Below, one piece after another: positions 20,140 through 32,470 of a stretch of 64,000 nt of DNA (positions within the stretch are counted from its first letter, which is position 1; every line of letters begins with the position of its first letter). The notes under the pieces are model-generated. The model did not search any database, was not told the DNA's origin, and saw only the letters and a list, made by a program, of their open reading frames with translations. The translations under genes were made by a program, and so were the position numbers. The DNA comes from Octopus bimaculoides (taxonomy: Eukaryota), in the NCBI RefSeq assembly GCF_001194135.2, contig NC_069001.1, positions 1,814,374-1,878,373 on the forward strand, read 5' to 3'.

Positions 20140-21184
20140 AACTCAACCTACCTCCCCTTTTTTTTTTAACAAAAGATGGCACCAGTCCAATTCTGTAGAT
20201 GCAAGTGACTTCTTGGACTCAGTCCCAGGACTTGAGCCAACCTCAATAAGCTGTATTTGATTTGAATCCAAAACATAAAAGGAATACAACTTTAATCACT
20301 CTGGCGTTTGTAACACTTCTTCTGTTCACTGTCCTTAACAACAATCCTTTCTGCTCAAGGTACACGACCTCAAGTTTTAGGGGAGTGGGCAAGTCANNNN
20401 NNNNNNNNNNNNNNNNNNNNNNNNNNNNNNNNNNNNNNNNNNNNNNNNNNNNNNNNNNNNNNNNNNNNNNNNNNNNNNNNNNNNNNNNNNNNNNNNNNNN
20501 NNNNNNNNNNNNNNNNNNNNNNNNNNNNNNNNNNNNNNNNNNNNNNNNNNNNNNNNNNNNNNNNNNNNNNNNNNNNNNNNNNNNNNNNNNNNNNNNNNNN
20601 NNNNNNNNNNNNNNNNNNNNNNNNNNNNNNNNNNNNNNNNNNNNNNNNNNNNNNNNNNNNNNNNNNNNNNNNNNNNNNNNNNNNNNNNNNNNNNNNNNNN
20701 NNNNNNNNNNNNNNNNNNNNNNNNNNNNNNNNNNNNNNNNNNNNNNNNNNNNNNNNNNNNNNNNNNNNNNNNNNNNNNNNNNNNNNNNNNNNNNNNNNNN
20801 NNNNNNNNNNNNNNNNNNNNNNNNNNNNNNNNNNNNNNNNNNNNNNNNNNNNNNNNNNNNNNNNNNNNNNNNNNNNNNNNNNNNNNNNNNNNNNNNNNNN
20901 NNNNNNNNNNNNNNNNNNNNNNNNNNNNNNNNNNNNNNNNNNNNNNNNNNNNNNNNNNNNNNNNNNNNNNNNNNNNNNNNNNNNNNNNNNNNNNNNNNNN
21001 NNNNNNNNNNNNNNNNNNNNNNNNNNNNNNNNNNNNNNNNNNNNNNNNCAATTAATTTGATTAAGTCACCTGGAAAATGTGATTGGAACACCAGGTCATG
21101 GCTTTTTTTTTTTTTTTTTCCCAAAGTTGAATGAAGTTTGAACTGAAATATTAAAAAAACTTAAACATACATAGAATGACAAGA

Positions 21185-21610
21185 AATAATAATGGTTTCA
21201 AATTTTGGCTCAAGGCCAGCAATTTAGAAAGGAAAGGGGACTAAGTTGATTACATCAAACCCCAGTATGTAACTGGTTATTAATTTATCGACCCCCAAAA
21301 GGATGAAAGGCAAAGTTGACCTTGGCGGCATTTGAATTCAGAATGTAAAAAAGCCAAAAGAAATGTTGCAGAATATTTTATCCAACATCCTAACAATTCT
21401 AGCAGTCATAGAAAATAATTCTAATTTTGGCACAAGACCAGCAATTTTGGGCTTGCAGGGAGGGGGGGGGAAGGTTATGTCATCCCCAGAACTTGACTGG
21501 TCTTTATTTTATCAACCCCAAAAGGATTTGAACTCAGAACGTAGAGTTGGAAGAAATGTTTGCTGCTAAGCATTTTGTCCGACATGTTAACCATTCTGCC
21601 AGTTGACTGC
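21185..21610 (-). mobile_element. Cluster of SINE family C copies; others near 7130-7340, 10165-10320, 23330-24000, 28570-29170, 35010-35150, 45900-46075
   Basis: Recurring gagttcaaattccgccgaggtcgactttgcctttcatcct...gtaccag body with (ATT)n tail; boundaries approximate. Confidence 0.75.
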
Positions 21611-24600
21611 CTCAGGGGGACAGTGAAAGTTAAAGCCCCCAGATTTATGTGAAGGAGAGGAAGAAAGTAACTATGAAATGTTACATTTGAAGGAATTAAG
21701 CAGTGTTAGAGAAGAGAGAGGCCTGGGTAAGGTGGAGGGTCCTACAAACGCCTTTTGACAAGGACTGCAAAATTTTGGTCTCTACACCTTACACCCACAG
21801 ATGATGATGATGACAATGATGGTTTTCACATGATAGTAATAACTACACCCTTGCACAACACTGTTTGGCTGCAGTTGTTGAACATATGCACATACAAAGG
21901 GCTACATACAATATTTGGTTAGGGACGGGTTCCATTGATTAATTATATCAACTCCCAAGTATATGACTGGTACTTATATTTTTTTCATCAACCCTAAGAT
22001 GAAACTTGCAAAATGTAAAGAAACATAACTTCTTGATATTTCCATCCACTAACAGCCACCAGTTTGGGAGTTGGGGAGAGAAAGAGAGGGTGAGCAATTA
22101 ATTACATTCCCCTCGTTATTTCAGTGGGACAAAAGAACTATAAATAAGCATGGTTGTGTGGTTGAGAAGCTGACTTTGTAACCATGGCTGCGTAGTTTTG
22201 GGTTCATTCCCACTATGTGGCATCTTGGACAAGTGTCTTCTCTAGCCCCAGACTACCCAATGCCTTAAGTGAATTTGGCAGATAGAAACTGTCTGGAAGC
22301 CTGCTGTATCTATGTGTCCATGTGTATATTTATTCTATATAAAATACACACGTATATCTATACATTCATACAAACAATGTATTTTATGGCATATAAGACT
22401 CATTTTCCCCCAAAAGATATCTCAGTTATTCCAGGTCCTATATGCAAAGTTGCTGTAAATATTGTATGCTTTCATGCACTAAAACCCTCTCCCGAATATA
22501 TGCTGCAGAAACTCAAGTGCATCTTTGATGCCATCAAGTACGATACATGTGTATATGTTTGTCCTCCCCCCTTGACAACTGATGTTGGTTTGTTCACATC
22601 CCTGTAACTTCGCAGTTAGACGTAAGAGTGATAGCATAAATACCAGACTTAGAAAGAAAAAGAAAAAAGCAGTAGTCAATTACTTTGACAAAGCTCTTGA
22701 AAGTAGCAAGTGCCCCAGCATGGCCAACGTCCAGTGACTGAAACAAGTGAAAGATAAATACCTTGCTCTACCAATCCACCACCCTCGGCCCAAGGTCAGA
22801 AATCTGAGTGGGGAGGGGGTCTTGATTAAACTGCCCCAATGGCATGAAAAAGAAAAATATTGGTCAAGCACAGACGTTGATTTAAACCAGGACAAATATT
22901 GTAGCTTGTTTTATGCTCAAACTGACCAGATCTCATCTTTCACACTTACCCAACAATGTCATTCCAAACATAAATAATCACATCACTGAAAGCCACCAGA
23001 TAATGCAGGATTAATTCAAAACAAAGTGAATAAATATAAGTATTACCTTTGATAGAATAATCTGAATACCAAAGGATTAATCAACTGTTTAATCTCTGTC
23101 CAAGTTTCAGACTGTACCTAGGTTAAGAAACGATTATTAGCATTTCTGGCACAGGCATATAGGGTCAGAAATTTGAGCAGAGACGGGCAGTCAAAACTGC
23201 TCAACCCCTTAGCGTTCAGATTCTTCTGTTAAATGTAATCTTATTTATTTACATTGCTTTGGATTAATTAGGAATTACCTTGTAGCTTCAGGAAGCTGGC
23301 TACATTGACTCCCAGTACTTGACCCTGATGGAAAGCAAATGTGATCTCAGCACAATTTGAGCCCAGATGAAATGGCCCGAAGCATTTTGTCCAGCATGCT
23401 AAGATTCTTCCAGCTCACTCAATAATAATAGTTTCAAATTCAACTGCAACTTATTTTATCGACCACGAAATGATAAAAGGTATGGTTAACTTCGGTGGAA
23501 TTTGAACCCAGAACATAAAGACAGATGAAATGCTGCTAAGCATTTTGTCTGGCATGCTAACAATTCTGCCAGCTCACCGCCTTAATAATAATAATAATCC
23601 TTTCTATTATAGGCACAAGGCCTGAAATTTTTGGGGCAGGAGACAGGTCGATTTAAAGATCTTAGAACTCTGCCAGTTTGCAGCTGCCTTATAATGGTTT
23701 GTGATTAGGTACAAAACAGCAGCTCTAGAAGGCCTCAGTCGATACTTTCGACCCTGGTACTTTATTTTCTGAAGCCTAAATGGGTGAAAGACAAAAATGA
23801 CCTAATCGGGATTTGAACTCAGAGCCAGCAATTTTATAGGAGGAAGGTTTAGCTGATGCCATCGATCCCAGTACGTGACTGATACTCCGATTGATCGATC
23901 GCTATCAGAGGGATGAAAGGCAACGTTGACATCAGTGGGATTTGATCTCAGAACGTGAAGAGCTCGAAGTAATATTTGTCCGATACTCTAACGATTCTGC
24001 AAAAGCGCCACCCTCTCGAAAACGATGAAATGGTTAGAAAAAAAAAACCAAATGTAGGAATATACGCAGTTCTTTTCTTCTTTTCAATTGTCTGGCAACA
24101 CATACATACACACGTTACAGACAATCTTTCGCAGAAAGCATTCGTTCGGCAAATACTTTCACTTCTTTGAATCGCTAATGTTTAAGTGCTTTTTGTGTAT
24201 GTATGTCTGTACACATACAAATATTCATACACAAGAACACATATACACACGCAGAAAATACAAGCGATTCAGCTGAAGAGAAAATTAAAAGATTTTTTTT
24301 TTTGCGCAATTTACAGAACAAATATTTTCACTTCTTATATTTTTTCACCGAAAGATTGCTCCCACTGGGCTCTGTTGAGTGGTTTAATAAGTTCTAAAGT
24401 CGTGAGTAGTCGAAACTTCTCTTCTACAGTTTAAAGGTGCTTGCATCATCAATATAAACATTTGTTGTCAGGGAAAGGAAGAGAGAGGGAGGTGATATAA
24501 GCGGTCTAATAGCGACCATCCCTCATAACACACGTCATTTTTTGTTTTCATCGGACTTTGTATGTTTTGGTTTGAAATAACATCGTTCTCGTACAGACTG

Positions 24601-25165
24601 CACCCGCCACACGAAAGGGGGAAATTCACCCACCCAACATGTAAATTTACAGCGCTTACAAGGTAGGTACATGTTTGTTTGTAGGCTTCCAGGTCGACCA
24701 CTCACCTATGAATATTTTGGCATTTAAAACAAAGATGTGAGGCGGAACAGGAACTTGTAATTTTAAAATAAGGCTCAAGGGAGCTATAAACACACACACA
24801 CATATATATACATATGCATATACACACAGTACCACATTATATATCACTTAAAAATAAAATCTTTCTTTCAATAATATATCTGCTGTACAACATCAACAAA
24901 ATACAAAAAGAAAAAAAAATGCAAGACAGAAAACTGAGAAGAGAGCGAGGTTCGAAACCCAACAAAGTAGTTATTTTCGAGTCCCGTTATATATATATAT
25001 ATGTACCACATCATTATTAATAAAATTAGATTAAAAAAAAAAATTCTCTCACTGTTTTTAGCAAACCAAAATTCTACATCAAAATAAAGATCTTTTTTTT
25101 TTTTTTAAAGTTTTTTTTTTTTTTTTTTTTGCTTTACCAAGTCCTGCCATAAAGTTTTAAGAGTT

Positions 25166-26110
25166 TTACTGGGTGGGTAGCAAGTCTATAGGGGTAGCGA
25201 ACTTAAATTCCGGAGGGAATAGATCTCGTGCTCTGGGGTACATCAGTTTATAAGACTGCCGTATAGTTACCTCGGCCACACCCGTCACCACACTAATTTC
25301 TCGTTGGGTTTTCTTGTTCTCAGAGGCCTGAGATGCCATATATATTGCGGCAGCGGCGACAGTGACGGGGCTTTTCCCCGGTACCAGGTCCAAATCAACA
25401 GCAGTTTTGGCGATGTGAGTAGCGGCTTTCTGTACTTGGTTTGTCATGTTTAGACTGGAACAGAACCGAGACATGAAGTCCCCGGTGGTAATTAAGTCAA
25501 CATTGGTCTCCAGTGTCTTTAGAATCAGCTTGAACGTTCGTCCGATCTCCTTCTTGGATACTTTCGAAACGGCACATATTTCTTTGAAAGTCCTCGGAAC
25601 CCCTTCCTGTCGACAGGCGATGTACATACATGCTGAAGCGATCGCATCGTTCGCCCTTCCTTTCAAGGATTTGCTCTCGTGGACCTGTTTAAACAAAGTG
25701 TTGGCTTGATCGGCAATCATCGTGGGGAGATTGAGCCGTTCGGACATTTGGCTGATTTCACGGAAAGCTGTTAACAGTGTTCGGTCAGATACGCTGAGGT
25801 TCCTTCGACTGTGGTACATGGGTTTGCCGTTGTCGTCCAGCAGTGTATCGCCCGACGAAGTGGCTATCATCGTAGACAGGTCCCCGCCGTCCAGCAAAGG
25901 GTTTTCGGCGGCACCGACACGTGAGGCATCCTTGGTGTTCTTGTCGTTGTTGAAGGTACGCCATTCGGAACCGACATCGATGACTCGGTCACCGACCACC
26001 AGACCACACTCGGAACATATCATATCTCCGGCATGATAGTCCTCGATTAGAGGAGAATCCGGGTGAGCAGAACAATGCAAGCGAGCCATTCGCGAAGCCC
26101 TTAACGCCAT
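25166..26110 (-). CDS. GTF2B: Transcription initiation factor IIB, single-exon 314-aa ORF
   Basis: Zn ribbon C-x2-H...C-x2-C, B-reader [11 protein letters not shown], two cyclin repeats ([14 protein letters not shown]; [11 protein letters not shown]); full length, no introns, no frameshifts. Confidence 0.97.
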   Translation of the reverse strand: MALRASRMARLHCSAHPDSPLIEDYHAGDMICSECGLVVGDRVIDVGSEWRTFNNDKNTKDASRVGAAENPLLDGGDLSTMIATSSGDTLLDDNGKPMYHSRRNLSVSDRTLLTAFREISQMSERLNLPTMIADQANTLFKQVHESKSLKGRANDAIASACMYIACRQEGVPRTFKEICAVSKVSKKEIGRTFKLILKTLETNVDLITTGDFMSRFCSSLNMTNQVQKAATHIAKTAVDLDLVPGKSPVTVAAAAIYMASQASENKKTQREISVVTGVAEVTIRQSYKLMYPRARDLFPPEFKFATPIDLLPTQ

Positions 26111-26299
26111 CGGTCAGGTTGTTTGTTTGGATTTGCTTAAACTTGAGACGATAAAGTAACAATTAATAAACTGTTATGAATGGCGCAGAGGTAGAAAGAC
26201 ATACATACACATATACACACAGATATATATACTATATAATGTGTATAGATATGCTTTAAACAGAGGAGAGAATATATTTAGTCAACTAATCCATAGACA

Positions 26300-26390
26300 A
26301 CTGATTTCTCGCAACTTGAAATGTCTCACTTATACATAATTCTACTTCCGATTCTGCGCACATGTTACAGAAATCGACCAATCAGCATTG
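26300..26390 (-). promoter_or_regulatory. Putative TFIIB promoter: ETS-like CGGAAG, TGCGCA and CCAAT box
   Basis: cttccg 26345-26350, tgcgca 26355-26360 and gaCCAATcag (CCAAT at 26378-26382), about 240-270 nt upstream of the ATG. Confidence 0.45.
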
Positions 26391-26502
26391 CTTTTACAAT
26401 TTCACTTTGATATTAATTATCTTCTTCGACGACGAATTTCTGTTTTTCTCAATTAGTTCCGTGAAGAGAAAGAGACAAGCACATACAGGGAAACACACAC
26501 AA

Positions 26503-26548
<46 letters not shown>

Positions 26549-26558
26549 NNNNNNNNNN

Positions 26559-26665
26559 ATAAATATATATATATTTATTTATAAATATATATATATTTAT
26601 AAATATATATATATTTATTTATAAATATATATATATTTATATATATATACATATATATATATTTA
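26559..26665. repeat. AT-only quasi-palindromic minisatellite
   Basis: Repeated ataaatatatatatatttattt units. Confidence 0.85.
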
Positions 26666-28362
26666 TATTCTCAATGCACACACTAATTTATATAAACTAA
26701 CACACAGGCACAGTCTTAGTACACATACACTAACACTTAATACGACCACACACACATACATACACTCTCAATGCACACATTTATAAACTCTTTATACAGA
26801 CATACAAATTCATACTTAATAGAAACACACTCAAATGCACTCTTAGTACACACACACACACACACACTTCATAGAACACACGAACACAAATGCACTCTTA
26901 ACACAAGCACGCACCTGAACACAAGTGCACTCTTATGATACACTCGCATCCACCTACCCTTTTAGATGATGAGTTCACGGAGTTAGTCTGACAGGATTGT
27001 GTTTTGTTTTTTTTTGTGGTTCTCAAACTGTCTGAATCTCAACTAAACACACACACACACAGCACTAATTTACTTTTGGGTTTCCTGAAGTTTGTCGTTT
27101 GAAATAAACCAACAATATTAAATCGGAAATAGAACGTCTGTTCGTTTGCCAATTGCACACGCAAAATGTATGCGCATGGATCTTTTTACCTGTATCTTGT
27201 TTCAGGCATTGGACTGCGGCCATGCTGGGGCAATGCATTAAAGGGATTCAAGTCGAACGAATCGACTTAATTGTTGGTTTTTTTTAAAGCCTGGTTCGTA
27301 TTTTAAGTTACGAGAACGTAAACAAAACAAATCCGGTTGTCAAGCAGTGGTGGTGGACAAACGCGCGCGCACTGGGTTTCTTTCAGTTTCCGTCTACCAA
27401 ATCCACTCAAGACTACAGTTGATCCGGGGCTATAGTTGAAAATACTTGCCCAAGCTGCCGTGCGGTGGGACTGAACCCTAGACCACATGATTGGTATGCA
27501 AACTTCTTAACCACACAGCCACGCTGTGTTGTAACTCTGTCTCACCTGGGTTAAACCATCCCAGATAGTTTGCTTCGTCCGGTAATAATAGTTGTGATAA
27601 GAGTTTAAGGCGATCTTTCGATACTAGTCCGAAATATCGGCCTTTTCCTAGTATCGAAAGATCGCCATCTAATGTACCTCTTTTTATTTTACGATGATCG
27701 GGTGTGATTTGAAAAGAAAAAAATGACTGCTATTTTTAGCAGGAGAGACACCGCGCAGAAGCTCCCTCGTTGGCAAATACATGACCATCACAAATGCAAC
27801 GCTTGACGGGTTTGTCAGAGAGAGCAAGCAGAGCCAACCAGGCTGGCAGCACTACTTAAAAAAAAAAAAGAGAAACGAAAGAAATTGAATGTAATTCTTC
27901 GCTTGGCGTGCCATTCAGAAAAGGCTCGCGGGCCGCAGGTTGCCTTTGTTTTTAGAGGTTGTCATTAAAAATTAAAATATTGCTTGAACAGGAAAAGACA
28001 ACCGAGTTATTTCCCTTTATACGTATATTGTCACGTTTACGTTTTGATGCGTCCAAACTGAGTTGGAGAAGCAGAACAATAAAAGAATTATATCCTGCAA
28101 TTAACTGACACATTTGTCCAATTCCAGGCAAAACCAAAAGTCGCGATTGTCCCCATTGTGACTTCATAGCAGGCAGCTTCTTTTATTTTTAAAATCCTTT
28201 CCTTCAGACTCATACGTTGAATTCGAGGAACCAACATTTTTTGGTTCATTTATAGTTCAAAGCCCGGTTACGAAAAACAAATAAAAAAAAAAAGCTAGCC
28301 TACTGGACGTAAAAAACGAAAATGGAAGCAAAAATTGCGCAATTTTCGGGGGTTTGTGGAGA

Positions 28363-28557
28363 GAGGACTTTCGGAAAATTCACAAAATCTGATATTTCCT
28401 TCAGAACTTTCAGGAAAATGGATATATATTAATGAAATTTTATAGAAATACCGTTCAAATGGCACAGATTACGATTATTAAGAAATTTGTGGGGAAAATG
28501 TTTTCCTGAAAGTTATAAGGGAAAAAATCGGATCATGTGAATTTTCCGAAAGTCCTC
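28363..28557. mobile_element. MITE with perfect 22-bp terminal inverted repeats
   Basis: gaggactttcggaaaattcaca (28363-28384) and tgtgaattttccgaaagtcctc (28536-28557). Confidence 0.8.
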
Positions 28558-30256
28558 ACCCCGCCCCCTTTACGTTCTGAGTTCAAATTCTGCCAAAGTT
28601 GACTTTGCCTTTCATTCTTTCAGGGTCAATAAATTAAGTACCAGTTGTGTACTGGGATCGATCTAATCGACTGGCTCCCTCCCCCAAATATTTCGGGCCT
28701 TGTGCCTAGGGTAGAAAAGAATAATCATTCTTTCTCATTTTGGTACAAGGCCAGCAATTAACAGGGGATGATGCTAGTCAAATACCCTGACCCCAGTACT
28801 TAACCGGTACTTATATTATTGACTTAAAAGAATGAAAGGCAAAGTTGACCTCAGTGGGATTTGAACTCAGAACATAAGGAACTGGAAATGACACCAACAA
28901 TTTTGTCCAAAGTGCTAATGATTCTGCCACCTCACTGCCTTAATGATAATTAAGTAACGATTTCAAAATTTTGGTATGAGTCCTGTAACTTTTTTAAGTG
29001 GGGACAGGTTAGTCAATTACTCCAGTACTCAAAGGGTACTTATTTTATTTAACCCCCACCGTGGTCCTAGAAAGGATGAAAGGCCAAGGCAAGCTAGACA
29101 GGATTTGAACTCAATGTAAAGAGCTGGAAAAAATGTCATTGTCTGATATACTAACAGTTCTGTCATCTCACCACCTTAATGAGAACAAGGATTGTGGTGG
29201 TGGTGATGACGATAAGAAGAAAATGATGACATGAAAAAACAAGACAGAATAGGAAGCAGATAAAGACAAATGATAGAAGCCATTAGAAAATGGCCGAAAG
29301 AAAGCAAAAATGAAGAAGAAAAATGGAAGACAAAAGAGAACAAGGAAAATAAAAATAATAAAAGGACAAAATACAAGAGTGACTTCAGTTAACAAATTTA
29401 CTTTCATTCATGTGGTCACATATCTACAGTCAATATTTTGGTAAAAGAGGCAGGATAGCACTAATATTCCAATATATATATATTTGATTAGTTTATGTTG
29501 CTGTGAAGTTCTTTCTTTGAGAGGAGCCATCAGTGTTAAGGCCATGTGAAGCAACTTTATTTATTTAGATATTTTTTGCTTTTTGGGTGGTTTTTTGCAT
29601 TTTTTTTTAAAGAAAATATAAATTTCATTTTATTTTATTTTATTTCTAAATTGTTTTATTTAATTTTAGAAAAACTGAAGCATGTCATTGACAATTCCAG
29701 AACATATTGAATTTTGTGTGTGACTTTTGGTTCATCCTGTATGTGTGTATATGTATGTGTGTGCGTGTATGTATATAAATATATATATGTATATGTATGT
29801 ATTTTGGCCTGCTGACTTAGTCAGTAGGGTGGCCTCATTAGAAAGCTAAAATGATGCAAAGTGCATTGTGACTAGCGATGTATAACAACATTCAACAGTC
29901 TGCTCAATCACATGATCATGTGATATATATATGAGTACGGGGCACTGCATTTGTGTGTGTGTGTGTGGTGGGAGGAAGAAGGAGCATACGGTTTAGGTGT
30001 ATATATGCAGGGTTGTTTGGGGAGCAAGAATGAAAACGTGTTTGCATGATTAAGTATGCGTGTGTGTGTGTGTGTGTGCATGTATTTGTGGGTGTGTTAG
30101 TCCATATTGATTGTCAGTGGGGTGGTTTATGTGAGTGTGTGTGTAAGTGCATGTGCTTGTTTGTGTCCCTGTGTATATGCCTCTACATGAAACCATGTGT
30201 GTGTGTGTGTATGAGAGACAGAGAGAGAAAGAGAGAGAGAGAAGGAGAAATATGTC

Positions 30257-30470
30257 TCAGTTCTTGGTCTCATCTCCATTCTTTTCTTCCTTATTATTCT
30301 TATTATATTGGCGGTGCCACTCAATGTTGGTCTTTGACACTCCTTCGCCCCGTTTCGCAGCCTGTCTCCCGCTGTACATCACAATGATGCAAAGGACAAT
30401 GGTGACAGCCACCATGCAGAGGCTGACATAGACACGGCTCCAGTCCTTGGCTTTGTTGATCACTGATATC
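30257..30470 (-). CDS. FAM162: FAM162 (UPF0389) exon 3, terminal, with transmembrane helix
   Basis: tttag|G ATA...TGA; ISVINKAKDWSRVYVSLCMVAVTIVLCIIVMYSGRQAAKRGEGVSKTNIEWHRQY...*; 214 nt. Confidence 0.9.
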
Positions 30471-31619
30471 CTAAAAGAGAGAGAGAGAGAGAAAAGAAAC
30501 AAATATCAGAACCGAATAATAATAATAATAATAATAAAAACAAACAAACAAAACAATAACATGCATTGTTGAGTGGTAAAGAAATTCATTTTGCAACCAT
30601 GTGGCTTTGGGTTCAGTCCCACTATATGACACCTTGGGAAAATGTTTTTGACTGTAGCCCAGGACAGATGCCTTGTGCAAATGAATTTGGAAGCCCCTTG
30701 ATATAAGTAGGATCAACAACAAAAAAAAAAAAGCACTCCATTCCAGTGAGAGATAAATATCATTGGTTATATGCTGTATTTAATTCTTTTGCTTTCAAAT
30801 TCTTCTGTCAAATTTAATAATTATCCATTCACAGTGTTTTGAATTAATTATGCATTATCTTGCAGCTTTGAGATTTTGATGATGTTATTGTTTATTGTTT
30901 ATTTTTGGAATGACATTGTAGGGTAAGTGTGAGAGGCCAGATCTGGCTGGTTTAACCCTTTAGCATTCAGATTATTCTGTCTAACATAATCCTTATTTAC
31001 GCACATTGTTTTGAACTAATCATGCATTATTTCATAGCTTCAAGATTTCAAAGATGTGATTGTATATTTTTAGAATGACATTGACAAGTAGGGGTGAGAA
31101 GCTGGATCTAACTGGTTTAAACATTAAACAGGTAGAATACTTGAGGCCAGACATGGCCAGTTTCAATGCTAAATGTTTAAATATAAGCTACTAATAGTTT
31201 CATGTCATGGAAACATACACAATTATTCAGCAGATTGATATATTGTGCCTTGTGTCTCCAAGTAATCTTCAGGCTCTCACCTGAAAGAATTGCTTGGAGA
31301 CACAAGGTAAAATATATAAATCTGCTGGATCATTGTGTTTCCAAAGCATGAAACTATTAGTTGCTCATATTTAAATACTGTGTATATTAAATGGTGTGTG
31401 TGTGTATGTGTGTACGTGCATGTGTTTGACATACAACACTACTTGATAACGGTGTTGGTTTGTTTACTTTCCTGTAACTAGTTGTTCAGCATAACAGACT
31501 AATAGTTCCAGACCAATGCCTTGTAAATGAATTTAGTAAACAGAAAATGTGTGGAAGCCTATCATATATGTGTCTGTGTGTAGCATGCATGTGCACAGGT
31601 GCACATGCACTGGATTCAA

Positions 31620-32130
31620 GGTTACCAGAAATGACGAAGAGGGGAATACTTGAATGAAATTAAAAGAACTTATGGAGAGGCTACCATGATGGGACTATAG
31701 AAAATTATGTGAGAGAGAGGGAGAGACAGGAGGGAGACAAAGAGAGAGGGAGAGGAGGGAGACAAAGAGAGAGAGACAGGAGGGAGACAAAGAGAGAGAG
31801 ACAGGAGGGAGACAAAGAGAGAGGGAGAGATAAAATCAATGAGGTATCCAGTTATGATGTATGGATGCTCTAAGAGCTGGACAGTTCAGAAACTGGTGCA
31901 TTTGGAAAATGGAGATGGAGAAGATTATTGAGACTATTATGGATGGAAAGAAAAGAACAAAGAAAAAAAAAACAGGTCAATACTGCAGCAAATGAAATCT
32001 GAGAGAACTTTGGCAGCTATTGATTGTGAAATTTTGAAATAAAGAATAAAAATATAAATAAAAATTTGGTCATGCTATGAGGGCAGATAGCATAGAACAA
32101 CACATTATTTTAAGAAAAACTGAGAATCCA
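31620..32130 (+). mobile_element. Decayed RTE-like LINE interrupted by a GAGAGAGGGAGACAGGAGG minisatellite (about 31713-31830)
   Basis: Remnants of PVMMYG..SW....AFExWRWRRLLRL motifs across frameshifts. Confidence 0.55.
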
Positions 32131-32139
32131 AGAAAAAAA

Positions 32140-32470
32140 AAGCTGACAATGCTATGAATATATCAACCAGATAAAGACTCGCCATCAGGCCTCAACCATA
32201 CTCTGAAAACCTTGCTTCCCTGGACATGGACACATTAAAGCTCATACATTTGGCAACTGATTTGGTAGACACCCACAAGATTATCCATTATTTTTCTAAT
32301 AACAACCATAGGCACCTTTTTGAATCCCATACACCTAACACTCATGGATACACTTACAAGATTAACTACCCACATCAGCTATTAGAAGTCAGGACACTAT
32401 ATCCTTCAAAACTTCCATAGCCATGCTTCCTGAAATTCGTCAACAGCACACCTGATGCTTTCACCCCAAT
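32140..32470 (+). mobile_element. CR1/L2-like LINE 3' fragment
   Basis: LASLDMDTLKLIHLATDLVDTHKII...FESHTPNTHGYTYKI resembles CR1 L..L..RR...DL...YKI...TRGH..KL. Confidence 0.6.

Noticed and set aside
20139-20260. SECIS element or readthrough after the SMYD3 TGA
   Set aside because: No convincing AUGA/GA quartet with an apical AA stem-loop, and the protein ends at the expected position.
20243-21134. Long ORFs of 224-293 aa
   Set aside because: They span an N gap and are artefacts; the same applies at 13220-13712 and 45113-45757.
22269-22607. 112-aa ORF
   Set aside because: Built from SINE ends and unrecognised decayed sequence; no splice partners or motif.
25070-26200. Target-site duplication flanking TFIIB
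   Set aside because: Only short AT-rich matches such as ATAAAG, expected by chance.
29168-29407. Lys/Glu-rich coding-like stretch
   Set aside because: Stops in the purine-rich frames; low-complexity A-rich sequence.
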